Origin: Chiloscyllium plagiosum
Lineage: Eukaryota
NCBI RefSeq assembly: GCF_004010195.1
Contig: NC_057720.1
Coordinates: 19,487,300-19,521,284, forward strand
Reading direction: 5' to 3'
DNA length: 33,985 nt
The notes beneath the pieces were generated by a model. That model had not been told where the DNA came from. It saw only the letters and a list, made by a program, of their open reading frames with translations, and did no database searches. Positions 32,922 through 33,985 of the stretch are shown piece after piece. Within the stretch, counting starts at the first letter, position 1, and the number at the start of each line of letters is the position of its first letter. The position numbers and the translations under genes are program-made.

Positions 32922-33424
32922 TCTGCTTCCTAATTGTATATTAATTGTCTTTCATCATATGGAAGTTGCAGGCACTAACTGGAGATTCACTTTACGTTCT
33001 GATAAATAGGTACAGTCTGAAACTGTGCATGTTGGTGAGGAGGTTTATTGCTGTAATATCTATTTAAATGCTTACAACTGTGTACAGATTAGCTGCAGGT
33101 CTATGCGTTGCAGCCTGGCTTTCTGAAGCACAACGCAGACTGATACTTAAGTTTAACGAAATAAACAATGATAATTTTAAAATATAAATCATAAAGCAAT
33201 CCTTCCATTACAAATTTGTCAGTAATCTTGAAAAGAAATGACCTACAATAAATCAAAACCTCTTATTTAGTCTATCAAGAATATCAAGAAGTGTCTTATT
33301 TTCCACTCTATATAGCACTGACAATCTGAGATTAGTCTGACTCTGTCTCTGGGCTGTGATGTTTAGCTGTGTGCATGCATGTTACACGTTAAAAACACCA
33401 TCTCTTTTTTTCTTAGCTTTCAAA

Positions 33425-33985
33425 CACTTAGGGACTACGATGTTGTGGCCATCACGGAAACGTGGATAGAAGAGGGACAGGAATGGTTGTTGGAGGTTTC
33501 TGGTTACAGATGTTTCAGTAAGATTAGGGAGGGTGGTAAAAAAGGAGGGGGGTGGCGTTGCTAATTAGAAATGGTATAACGGCTGCAGAAAGGCAGTTCG
33601 AGAGGGATCTGCCTTTAGAGTTAGTATGGGCTGAAGTCAGAAATAGGAAAGGTGCAGTCACCTTGTTGGGTGTTTACTATAGGCCCCACAATAGCAGCAG
33701 AGATGTGGAGAAACAGATGGGGAAACAGATTTTGGAAAGGTGCAGAAGCCACAGGATAGTAGTCATGGGCGATTTCAACTTCACAAATATTGATTGGAAG
33801 CTCTTTAGAACAAGTAGATTGGATGGGGCGGTGTTTGTGCAGTGTATCCAGGAAGCTTTTCTAACTCAGTATGTAGATTGTCCGACCAGAGGGGAGGCCA
33901 TATTGGATTTGGTACACGGTAATGAACCGGGACAAGTGGTGGGCTTGTTAGTGGGTGAACATTTTGGTGATGATGACCACAATTC
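33425..33985 (+). mobile_element. CR1 ORF2 endonuclease fragment running off the window
   Basis: DYDVVAITETW, GGG, VYYRPHNS, VVMGDFNF, PTRGEAILDLV, DDDHN; frameshift near 33545. Confidence 0.92.

Noticed and set aside
33098..33140. Small hairpin / pre-miRNA
   Set aside because: Only about 10 bp of stem with a bulge; expected by chance.

Overview
Vertebrate, almost certainly cartilaginous-fish (shark) genomic DNA. The assignment is inferred from HE1-like V-SINEs, HER1/CR1 LINEs and SacSINE/DeuSINE-like repeats recognised by eye. The window is transposon-dense non-coding sequence with one 648-nt assembly gap, and I recognise no intact host protein-coding gene; most tracked ORFs are retroelement remnants or chance ORFs. 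It holds many CR1 fragments, one near-full-length decayed CR1 nested inside another, two clades of Penelope-like elements (PLEs), tRNA-derived SINEs, a CpG-rich promoter-like island at about 6.7-7.4 kb, and a 290-bp near-perfect inverted duplication at 17.1-17.9 kb. The most notable signal is a set of minimal hammerhead ribozyme (HHR) motifs in PLE terminal repeats from several sequence families. Several short non-coding copies have inserted as fold-back (inverted-repeat) cassettes with 11-16 bp target-site duplications (TSDs), and their internal junctions map to the ribozyme core. HHRs in PLEs are established biology. The shark non-autonomous hairpin cassettes and the junction clustering are the parts that might be under-described.
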